A stretch of 64,000 nt of DNA from the NCBI GenBank assembly GCA_951406725.2, contig OX597814.1:167152001-167216000 (forward strand), written 5' to 3'. The notes below the pieces were generated by a model. It was not told the DNA's origin. It did no database searches and saw only the letters and a program-made list of their open reading frames with translations. Origin of the DNA: Octopus vulgaris. Taxonomy: Eukaryota. Shown here piece after piece: positions 39,772 through 52,100 of this stretch. Position 1 is the stretch's first letter; every line of letters starts with the position of its first letter. The translations under genes and the position numbers were made by a program.

Positions 39772-39809
39772 CTGTTACTCTGAGTTTCTCGTTGCCGTTC
39801 ATCAGACAG
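39772..39809 (-). ncRNA. Minimal type-I hammerhead ribozyme
   Basis: ctgt-CTGATGA-acg(GCAA)cga-GAAA-ctcaga-GTA-acag; lies between two (TA)n tracts. Confidence 0.75.
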
Positions 39810-39850
39810 TTTTTGCTAGAATGGAACCGATATATCAATTCGATATATCA

Positions 39851-39882
<32 letters not shown>

Positions 39883-40044
39883 TACACACACACACATACA
39901 CACATCAGGGAGTTGATTATTATGGCAAGTCAAAGAGTGATCATTGGTTTCATATAAAGAGCTTAGCTATATAGGTAACTCACCAGACTCAAATGGCCAT
40001 AGGCACATAACCTCTCATAACCTCTCTACAACAATCAGCTTACC

Positions 40045-40420
40045 CACACACAATATCATGGAGAATCCTAGAAAATCCAGGTTCCTACATAAACAAGACC
40101 AAGCATCGTAAACTGTCCATAGCGGAATAGGTGAGGATACTAAAGGATACCCTCAACCTGGGGAACATACTTGACTCCAGAACAGAGGTCTTTGAACCAT
40201 GCTTGCTTTCCAGGAAATTCCTGCTGACCCATTGGAACTCACAAAATAACTTACAATCAATAGCCAAATGGAGACAATTCCCTGTTGTTGATATTGAGTA
40301 GTGAGGTCCCTTCCTCCTCCATGTTCTAGAGAGGCTGCTTACTAAAGATGCCATAATCCAACAGGTTTTGGGATCTGATGATACACCGTAATGCTGAACA
40401 CCTTAATGACATGAAATCCA
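40045..40420 (+). mobile_element. Third Naiad-type PLE 3' fragment with truncated hammerhead
   Basis: Aligns to 28305-28667; CTGATGA 40375-40381 and GAAA 40413-40416, then (TG)n. Confidence 0.8.
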
Positions 40421-40422
40421 TT

Positions 40423-40458
<36 letters not shown>

Positions 40459-40493
40459 TACATTCATATATAATTACACAATATACATAAGTA

Positions 40494-40525
<32 letters not shown>

Positions 40526-41550
40526 AATATATCTGTCTACCTATCTATCTACCTTTCTATGTACCTATTTATATGTCTATGTATGTATGTATGTATGTAT
40601 GTATGTATCTATCTATCAATCTATCTATGTGTATACGTGTGATCAGGTAGTTGCATCGGTGTTTGTTGATTCTCTCAATAGTATAAATCTCATGACAGTA
40701 AAAGAATATCAACTGGCTGACATATCATGCAATATCTCATTGAAACCAAAATCTGTAAGAACTATCGATTAATGCACTTCTGGATTGATGCCGTCCATAC
40801 AATAGAAATGTACAGAGCTGGCATAAAGAGCATTAAAAGTGTTATTATTCTTTTCCACCATTTATTTGTGCAGACTGTGTTTCCTTTCAATAGCAAACAT
40901 CAAAATAGAGAGGCAACATATATTATTTGTCAAAGCAGACCCACACATTGCTTTACCAAAATATTCCATCATGTCAAAAACGAAATATATAAATCACATC
41001 AAAGTGTACTATTATTTAAAAATTAGAGTGTGCCATGTTTTGAGAAAGGCTGAGAACTACAGTTATATACAAATGGGTACATCGAAAGAAATAATCTACA
41101 TAACAGAAAGTAGCCTATGAAAAATATAAGTAACTATCATTGTTTTTGACCTGTGTCCTTTTTATCCAATATTACTGCATATATGTGCACATATGTATGT
41201 GCAAAGGTGTGTGTGTGTGTTTATAAATCCAGGTCTTTTTATTCATCATCATTTTAATATCTAGTTTACCTCGCTTGCATGACTCAAATGAGACAATGTT
41301 GAAGCAAAACTTTGTACATCAACATGCCCTGTTTGATACCAACCTTCATTTGTTTCCAAGCAAAGAATAATCTCCAAGTCTGTTGAACAATGAATAGTTT
41401 GGAGACGATCATTCAGAGAACTTGAAACAAATGACACTGTTTTTGTATGAATGGTGAGCCTTTTGTTTAAGAAATACAAACTTACACACACTATGTTGTA
41501 GGCCAACCAAAACCTGGATGTGATAGATGAGAAACTGAAAGAGGCCTGTC

Positions 41551-41583
<33 letters not shown>

Positions 41584-42547
41584 GTAGATAAATAAAAGTA
41601 TAAAGTCCTCGGTACAGTATTCAGTACTATATATTTGAAAAAAGGAATAACTTACGAACAACTAATTATTGAAGTGGAAAAATTATCAGAAAAGCCATTT
41701 CTATTCATTTTTTCAAATATGTATATATCCAAATTGAGGGAATGGAGCAGGAAAACAATGCAGGCTACATGTGGTTCCTAGCTAGCAGAATCTCAGAAGT
41801 AATAATAGTACCAATGAGGGGTACTCCACTAACTACTTATCAGGCTGAAGATAACTTACTTAAAGGAGGTTACATTGTCATCAAGGGATCCCAAGTTAAC
41901 TCACCAGAGATGTTATTTAAAGCTAGAAGAATGGTGAAGCCGGAAGAATGGAGTGAATAAACAAAATAGAAAAACATCTGTATGAAAAAATCAAATAGTC
42001 AGTGGTAGAAAAGAAGAAGGAGGCCAAAGAAATGGGAGTGGGCAGTTGTCTAAAGTCGTTAAGGATAAAGAAAATGAGATGGGGAAAGAAGGGGAAATTT
42101 AGGCTAGACTGAAGCTGATTGAGGGAAGGTTGTTGTGGATACTATCTCGGGGTCCTTTTACTTTGTCAACAGTAAGTAAATATATTGTTGCACCCATGTA
42201 TATATTATACAGAATCAAAAGTAAAGAAAAGAATTTTTAGAAGTGAAATTGTCGGGAATGAAAAAAAGGAAGAGAAGAGGTCAAATATATAGAAGTGTAA
42301 GTAAGGTGGATTTGCTAGGAGAGAAGAAGAGAGGAGGTGTGTGTATATTTGTGTCTCCTGGTCTTGTTCAACGTTGTGTGATTGTTGTAATATTCCGCAA
42401 AAATATCTCTGGGCTATGTTTAAATATTACTTTGCTTGGAAACGGGTAAGGATTAACGACAGGAGAGGCATCCAACCATAGAATAAAATCTACCTCAATA
42501 AATTCTGTCTGAGCCATGCAAGCATAGAAAAGTGGACATTAAAATGG

Positions 42548-42587
<40 letters not shown>

Positions 42588-45500
42588 GATGATGATGAAG
42601 TTACAAAAAACAAAAATGAACTGAATATTAATTTGATATCCAAATATAAAAAAGGACTGAAAGAAAGTATTGTTTTATATAGGGTTAGATTGTGATGATT
42701 CCTCAACAAATAATTTGTTACTTCAGCAAGTACCCAGCTTGTTTTAGATTCATACTTCTGAAAGTTATAGATTACAAACTTTAGCTTAGACTTTCTCCAC
42801 CCTTAAATGTAACCACTCCTCGAATTTTATTTTACTCATAATTACAGTAAAGTCTATGTAATATTCAAGAATATATCTTGGTTGATACTGCACCTTGCAA
42901 AAAATGGAGTGCCACGAACTAAACAACAACAAAAAAAAAAATGTAAAAACAAAGAAAATTTACATATAAAAGAATTATTTTTGAATATATTTTAATTGGA
43001 GGAATAACATGTAAAAAGGTAAGTATAGAAGCAAAATGATATCACAGTATTAAAAATAAACAAAGAAAACAGTATGGAAATTTGTTTACACATGCAAAGT
43101 CAGAAAACTGATATTTGATATTAAAAATATATAAAAAGAACTATAATATAGTAACTATAGATAAAATATGAAACAGTTTCCCATGTAATTCAGTTGATGT
43201 CATGATTATGATTTCAAATCTAGAGCCAGCTTAACTTACATAGCCACAGTTTCCCATTTGAATTTTTTTTTCTTTTGTAATTTAAGTAAAATTGATAATC
43301 TGAGCATTTTATTAATACCCACTGTCACATTATACTTAGATACAAAGTTTCAGCTCTGGGAGTTCAACCAGTAACCAATAAAAAGAGAACTTACACACAT
43401 ATATTCACACACATACTCACACAATTTATTTAATTCATAAGATAAATATAATATTTATCAAAAGAAAACAATTCAATATTTGATGAAGAGAAGGGGCTAT
43501 TCACATTAGTCTTGGCAAAGCATGTTTGCTCCATATTGATGACAATATTAAAATAGACACAATAAGCTAAGAAAAATATAGTCCATTAATCCATTTTATA
43601 TATTCATTGGATTTTGCCCTAGTTGATTAACATCTATTTTCATAAATTCCAACTTATTTAGATACAAAATAATTCAAGTGTTTGAATTTTTTTCAAATCA
43701 AAGCTAAATGCATTTTCAATAGTTTCCAAAAAGTTGGAAATAAGATGGAAAAAAATTACAGAAAATAAATGAAAATATATAATTGCTCGAAACTGAAAGT
43801 AAAAAGCTATTTTCAAAATATAATTATAGTTTCAACATACAAAATATATTTAAAAGTACATTACTGATGAGATAACCTAATACATGACAGCAGATTGAAA
43901 AGTAGTGCCTCCTATAATATAAACTTAAATTGATATAATATCGATGACAGACAAAAGGTTTGAAGAGAATTCATTTGTTGTTGCAAAGTTGCCTTTAGGC
44001 ATTATGGTCAGAGTAAAGATTCAAATTCTTTGGACAGAAAAAAATAATTTGCAAGATAGAATCAGATATAGGTTATAAGTATCATGTGACACAACTTCAA
44101 GTTTCAAGCAGTCAGTCTACTTCGATATCTTTGAATTGCAGTGAGGTCATGTATTGTTGAGGTAAAAATGGAAATGTTACTAATTAGATACAATGCAGTG
44201 TAATTTTTTGTCTGTAGCTTAGTGTTTCTCCATACAACACAATATTATTGCATGTGAAACGCTCTTCTAAGAATTTTGCATATATTTAAGTATTTGCATT
44301 GAATATTTTGTAACTTTTTCCTATGAGCATCAGATTTCCTGCAAACAACTGCATATTGCATTTCTCTACACATGATGACTCTTTCAGTCAGTCTTTTATT
44401 GAATGGCACTGCTCTTTTGAATCATGATGATGGATTTAAATTTCATAACGTGAACGTTTTATACTTAACATCACAACTTCCTTTATAATAATTATCATTT
44501 AAACAATATGATACACATCTAAAATTTCCTCAGCTTGCCACCAACAGTGCTCATAACATTTGATACATTAGACCATTTTTCGATAGTCTGTGCTTGAATA
44601 CTTTCTCATATTACTTAATTTGAAAATTAATTTATGAACTAAATATTGATGTTTGTCATCTGCTACTATTTAAAAGCTCTCCAATTTTTTGTTGCTATGA
44701 AATACCTAATTGACTGCACTTATACAATAAAAAATTCTTACACACACTCGTCTTCATATGTTGTAAATGACTATTCTCTCTTCCCCATATACTGCATATA
44801 AATGTTAATTTATGATATTTCAATGGACATGTAGTTTCCAGGCAAAAAAAAAATTTAATTTCATCATATTGTTTTAAATGATATAAAAATACTCAATCAA
44901 GTCCCACTTGCAACAACAACAACAAAGAATGAATGTCACAGTTGCTTTCTGAATAGACTGACAACACTTTATGTAGTGTCTTCTATTCCAGCTTCACAGA
45001 AGTCAGAGGCATTACTTTACAGATAGCTATCATAATTTCTAAATGGTGACAGTAACAAAACCAAATTACATTTGTTGTCCTGTTTAATACCATTTTTGAA
45101 AGAATCTTTAACCTGCATTCTTATTGTAATAAATTAATAGGTACTTTACATCAACCTTATAAATTGACACAAAATAGCAAAGTTAAAAATTTTTTAAGAA
45201 AAAATATTTTAAGGATTTAGTGTCCAAAATCTTTCATATAATAATTAGTTAATAGATTTGATTGAACAATGTGATCTAACAAGTATTTTTTAAAAAGTGA
45301 CTAAAAATGCATTATAAATATATGTTCTATTTCTTAAAGTAATTAGCTGCTTGAGCAATTTTTCTTTATTTTTTTTTCTTTTAATTTACCATTAATATCT
45401 TTAGCATAACAAGGAAATTTGTAAAGTTACAGAATAGACAAATTTGGTTTTGAAAAATATTTACAAAACAGTTTGTATAATGTATTTCTTAATTCTCATG

Positions 45501-46876
45501 AAAAATGCAAATGAAAAATTTATGTTGATCAAATAAGAACATTTTATTTTTACGATTAAAAAAATATTTAATTAGAAACTTAAAAATTATTTACATGATG
45601 CTATTAGCTAATAGAAACAAGACTGTTAAATTTTAAAATTTCTTTTGAATAAAATTACCAACTAATTATTTTAAAGTACTAAGAAATATCAATTGTTAGT
45701 CCAAAGAGAAGCAGATATTAAGGTATGTATTACAACACTAATTTTAAGAGACTAATGACCAGGCTTATAGAGAACAAATGCTAACAGAGAAATAAATATC
45801 TTGAGCTTCCATTTTAAATATCTAACGTAAGAATCTCAAGCAAACATCAATTTGTTTTTGTCATTTTTCCTTTTTTTTTTATTGAAGAAAATTAGATCAT
45901 ATCAACAATTAGATCAAAATTAACAGTTTCATAACACGTTTTTTACAACATTTTTTCAGGAACAGAATAAAACCCAAACTATACCAAATGTAATATTTAA
46001 TGTAACATATAACAAAAGATTAAAAAAACCAATGATAAGGTTTCACTGGTTATGATTTCAGCAGCATACTTCTATAGACAAAATTAACAGGGACATTTAA
46101 ATAACAATTTAAATTATTATTGTCATATTACTGTTCATCTTTTCATTGCTTTATATTTTTTAGGTTTAACTTTTTTCTTAATGCATTTCTTTCCATTTTT
46201 TATTTTTGTTTTGTTTTGCTTTGTTTGTTTATATGATTACATTGAAAATGTTTCAGGAAAGTAAGTCATTTAAAAATATATATTTACCAATGATAGAAAA
46301 TGATGATGTAAATAAATAAAAATGAATTTGAAACAAAACATGATTGAAACAAAACAATAGTTATGAAAAGAAAATAATATTACAGTATATAAGTATAATA
46401 AATTTATAAATATTTCTTACAAAAGATGCTCAGAAATCATTTATAAATTGTAAAACAATAGCATATAATAGATATACGACACAGACCAAACTAAACTGGT
46501 TACTTAATTCTCTACAAATTCATTTTAGCTCAAATTATGATTCCTTTGGACATTAAGTGGGCATAGTTGTCTTTCCTAGTTTTCCTACTCTTTCACATTG
46601 CAAGAATCTCCACAGGTGTTAAATACAATCATTTTCATATAGAATGGCAAAGAAAAACATGGACTGGTTGAGGGGTGTAAATGATTGTCAGATTAATTAA
46701 CCAGCAATATAGGACCTATGTCTGCTGTTAATACAAAAGTACAATCAGAATAAATGCTATTAATAATGTTTATTAGCCTCATAACTGATAAGAAATAATC
46801 TTGTTTCATTACTGATCATTTCAAAAGAAAAATATATAAGTAAAATTTAAGGACAGCAGAATAAATAGGTCTCCCA

Positions 46877-46913
<37 letters not shown>

Positions 46914-48879
46914 TTGATATGACAATTTGATAATCCCTGATATGTCTGAAGATAAAGTATATGACATCAAAAAACCAAATAGAGAAATTGTTGGCATGAT
47001 GCTAAAGGTATTCTTTTCCATTAAATTAATTAATTAATCTTGCTGGTATTATGGTAGTTAATTTTTTGTTGATAGCTAGAAACTTCTACTAAGTAATGAA
47101 TGAAATACTCTGAGTTGTGAAAAGAAAGTTATATGGTTATGACCAATGATTCCATAGCATCCTAGGAAAATTTCAAATAACCCAAGCAAAATGCATGATT
47201 GTGGAAAAAATTTTTTTAAAAATTATGAGTAACCCTAATTGAATTTGAACTATGATAATGGAACAAAATACTGAGAAATCAGTGATAATTTTTGTCTTAT
47301 AAGGTTTCAGAAATAATCCTTATTTTCACTGAAGCATTTTATAATATGCTTTAGAATCAACATCAAAACTTTACAGAATTGTCAACTGCTTTGTTCAGTA
47401 ATATCTTACTAATTTCCTTCTTCCATGATGAAATTTTAGAAAGCCTTAATATTTCAGAGATATTTTATGTTTATTATGCCCAAGTTTTACTAAGATATAT
47501 TCCAGATGGATTCTAATAAAACATATATGCTTAATAACAGTATGTTATTATACACATATATATATGTTTATTAACATAAATATATATGTTTATTAACATA
47601 TATGCATAATAATATAAAGCAGATTTAATATCTCTTATTATATGATATCTCCTTATATAACATATAATTTATCTCCTTTATTATTTCTTTCATAACTAAC
47701 ATGTTTTGAGATATAGCTGACTACTGATTCTTCATTCAGAGTCAAATATAATTTAATATTTGGCAGAGTGTATTTAGAGTGCATTGATGGTATACACAGT
47801 TGGGTAGGTGTAGGTCAACTGAATGGATTTCAAGAGAATTTGGGATAACATATGTTGCTATCCATGGCCAAAAATGTGTAGAGAGGACTTGAAACTGGCA
47901 CCATACACAAATAAGTCCTGCATTCTACTGCTGAGTCATTTGTTAACCCAGTAATGAGAATGTCCCAAGTAAATTGTTTGTTTGTTTGTTTTTTTTTTGT
48001 ATTTATTTTCGTTTTGTCAACATTAAAAATATGTTCTTTACTTTGTATACATACAATCTATGAAACTAGTAAAGTATTTTAGTGCTCTTTGCTGTTTCAC
48101 AACTCAAAGAAATACAAAATACACCAGCAAAGTTAAATCTGAGTAATGATGAACTTAACTTCTACTGCAAAATTGCATTTGTATTCATGGCTTTGTCAAT
48201 TAAAATACATCCACATTGCTAGCTGGAATGTTATTGCTTATTATTTACATCTAATTAACATACTGATCTACTGCTTGATTAACTAAATTTAATTATATAT
48301 ATACTACTACAGTCACATTATTTTCTGCACTTTCTTTGCATGAAGACATTTGAAATTAAATTTTGTCTTGGATGTGCTGTTTAAAAAGGTTTGTAATTTA
48401 GTATATATTTGTATAAAAACATAGCTTAAAAATAGAAAAAAAAAACAAAAAAAACAGAAAAGAAATGAAAAGGTAAATAATGTTTTGAACAATTTTTCAC
48501 AACAATTTGTTTCGAGGTACCTAAGTAATTCTATTAAATTTTTAAATAAATTTCAGTGAAAAAATATTAAAATTCAAAACAATATTATGTTTAATAAGTT
48601 AAATTTCTGCTTTTTGATTTCACATTACTCCATAGACTTTTCACTGAACATCTGAAAACTTTAGGTTGTAATTTAAACAAAAATATAAAAATAATTATAC
48701 AACAGCTAAGTTGTTATTTGTTGTTTGAGTAAGGTGTGAATTTGTGCTGCCGCAGAAGACCTGCCACAACATTGCTGTTGGTAGCAGTAGAGAAATAGAA
48801 TAAAATAGTTTCTAAACAAAGATATTTGACAAACTAAACAAAATCAAATGTTTGAAAGATTTAGAAAATGTTTCTCATC

Positions 48880-49179
48880 TTATACAGTGATGTTCAATAG
48901 TGACGCTGTTGTAGTTGCTAGAGTTGTAGTGGACATATTCACAGTAGTGGTAGGAAGGAAGCTGGCTTCACAGTAGGGTAACTGGGCACCATGATTACAT
49001 TTTGTAGCATCTTTGAAGTTCACCACAATCATAAGTGAACCAACAACAAATATCAGTATTCCAAAAATTGCAATTAGACCAGGTAGAGTATTACCTCGCG
49101 ATAGTATGGGCTCTGGACGAAGTTTAATCACACACATTGAAGGGAAAATATAGGCTAAAGGACAAGCTGCTAAAATACC
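48880..49179 (-). CDS. SLC38A11: SLC38A11-like last coding exon
   Basis: GILAACPLAYIFPSMCVIKL...CNHGAQLPYC...LLNITV*; acceptor tttcag|. Confidence 0.92.
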   Translation of the reverse strand, partial: GILAACPLAYIFPSMCVIKLRPEPILSRGNTLPGLIAIFGILIFVVGSLMIVVNFKDATKCNHGAQLPYCEASFLPTTTVNMSTTTLATTTASLLNITV

Positions 49180-52100
49180 CTGAAAGAGATAGATTGAAGT
49201 CGTTAAGTATTTATCATTTGAAATACAAAGCATTTATGCATGATAAAAAGAAATTATAATTTTAACTATGAATAGTTTGAAATTAATTATTGGTTATAGG
49301 TGTAAGAGTGGCTGTGTGGTAAGTAGCTTGCTTACCAACCACATGGGTATGGGTTCAGTCCCACTGTGTGGCACCTTGGGCAAGTGTCTTCTACTATAGC
49401 CTCGGGCTGACCAAAGCCTTGTGAGTGGATTTGGTAGACGGAAACTGAAAGAAGCCTGTCGTATTTATATATATATTATGTGTGTATAAGTTTGTGTGTC
49501 AGTGTTTGTCCCACCAACATCGCTTGACAACCAATGCTGGTGTGTTTACGTCCCCGTAACTTAGCGGTTTGGCAAAAGAGACCGATAGAATAAGTACTAG
49601 GCTTACAAAGAATAAATCCTGGAGTTGATTTGCTCGACTAAAGGTGGTGTTCCAGCATGGCCACAGTCAAATGACTGAAACAAGTAAAAGAGTAAAGAGA
49701 GTTTCTGACAATGGCACAAAGCTATTACATTCCTTTTTGTTTGGTGAAGGAGGAATAGAAACAGTTTCTTATAATGAGCCAGTAGTTGATTGGTGCTTAT
49801 TTTATTGGCACTAAGTGAATGAAAGCTAAACCTAACCAGAACAGTATTTCACAGTGTTGACTTTGCCTAATGCAATTAATTATGGCCTTCAACACCCAAA
49901 TTTCAGACCTCGTGCCTCTATCACAAATAAATAATTATTAAAAGCAATTTAATTTCTTATTTCTTTATTGCCCACAAGGGGCTAAACATAGAGGGGACAA
50001 ACAAGGACAGACAAAGGGATTAAGTTGATTACATCGACCCCAGTGTATAACTGGTACTTAATTTATCGACCCCGAAAGGAGGAAAGGCAAAGTCGACCTT
50101 GGCGGAATTTGAACTCAGAACGTAATGGCAGACAAAATACTGCTAAGCATTTCGCCGGTGCTAACGTTTCTGCTAGCTCGCCGCCTTCTACAAGCAATCT
50201 AATTTCTATTTTACCTTGAATCTCATAATTTAATGAGAATTCACCTGTATATGGAAATATTGTCTCACCCTCACACACATGCACACACATATGTACATAA
50301 AGAGTAAGAGACAAATAAATAGGCAGTGAATGAGAGAGAAAATTAGATACACATTATATGGGATCAAGTATTTCAACCTGTTTTCTTAGTTTCTTTTTAA
50401 AAACATGGTTGTACAACATGACAGAGCATTATAGAATAAGAGAAAAATTTGTGGCAAACAGAGAGATGGAATGCAGTTTCAATTTCTGGTTAAAATTACT
50501 TCACTTCCTCTATATTTGCAATGTCCTTGGAAAAGAACATTATGCTTTATGTTCCAGATTGGCTAAAATTAAAGGCATAGTTAAAATAACCCACTATTTG
50601 TAGTATCCATAAATAAAAGAATCCCCTTAACCTATTTATCCAGTTCTTTTTTTCTGATATTTAGTGAAGGGTGCAGACATGGCTGTGTGATTAAGAAATT
50701 TGCTTTGCAACCACATGATCCCAAATTCAATTTCACTGTGCAGCACCTTAGACATGTGCATTTTGCAATAGTTTCAGTTTAACACCAATGCCTTTTGAAT
50801 GGAGTCGATGTCTTAAAATGCTAAACATTTTCATTTCTAGAAACACATCATAAACTTACTAAAATTATTTTGAAAATATAAATATCTCTCAATCCCCTGA
50901 AGAACTCATACTTTACTCTGATTTCATAGTGTAAATTAGATGGAAAGCAACTTCATGTTGGATAGGATACAAGTCTATCAAAGTTAACATTTCTATGAGC
51001 AAGATAAACTGAGGTGAGAAGAAAGAATTCTGTTAAAAAAACTCCAATAATATAACTATAAGATGTTATCATTCTCAAATGCAATGCCTTACCCATTCAA
51101 CAATTTCACTTCTACAAGTGATTTGATACTTTTTCAATATAAATTATTGAGAATTTCAATTGCAACTTACATTTAATGCTAAAACAATTCCTAAACATTC
51201 TGTTGTCATTGAAATAGCTCCAGTGAAGCCAACCAAAACTGCTGTAAGTAGCACATGTTTCCAGAGGCAAAGTTCTTCAGTCAGTCCAAGAAACAGATTT
51301 TGAACAACCTGAAATATAAAACCACGATCAAATACAAAGATTTTCTGGAAATATTAAAGTAATGCTAGAACTTGGGAAACTACTGCTGAAATTAAAACAG
51401 ATTTTGCAATGATAAGACTATGTGAAAAAAAGTTACAGGAAAAAATTATAAGAGAGATTTTTCAAGCTGAGCCATCTATTAGGAGCCCAAGGAGTAGATC
51501 ATACACAAGATGATTGGATAATATCCATGGTTTCAGTTGGTTATGCTTAGAAATTCAATCAAAAAGTCTAGTGGTTATTGCTTCTTATAAGGCCTTATGG
51601 AGGAGGTGGCAGAGGACTTTACTCCCATAACCCTCTCAGGGATAGTGGTTGGAGAAGATTGATTGATGGATGGAATTTCTGGCTTAACTTACCAAACGTT
51701 CATTATCTTACTCATGCAGATGACTTGGAAGATAAGCTTCATCAACCCATTAAAATTAAGCCTATGATGTGTGAATTATCATTATATGCTTCATAGATTA
51801 TTATTGCTGTTCAAATTATCACTCCACTATTTTACCTTTTTTTATGTGTTAAATTGTACTGTGAGTAACTTGGTTTTTAGAATAGGTACCCCCATATGCC
51901 TCTATGTCATAAGAGAAGACCAAAGGAGTTGGCATCAGGAAGGGCACCTAGCTATAAAGCAATGCCTCAGAAACAGCTACCCAACTCATGCCTACATGGA
52001 AAAGCAGATGTAAAAACAACAAGTCTACCAATACTACCACTACCAATGCTGATGACAATGCAAGTACATGGTTTACCAAACTCTTTTCTTCAAGTCTATG

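Noticed and set aside
43858-43910. CTGATGA...GAAA at 43864 (also CTGATGA at 4751 and CTGAGGA at ~57176)
   Set aside because: No stem I/II/III pairing, or no correctly placed GAAA; chance matches.
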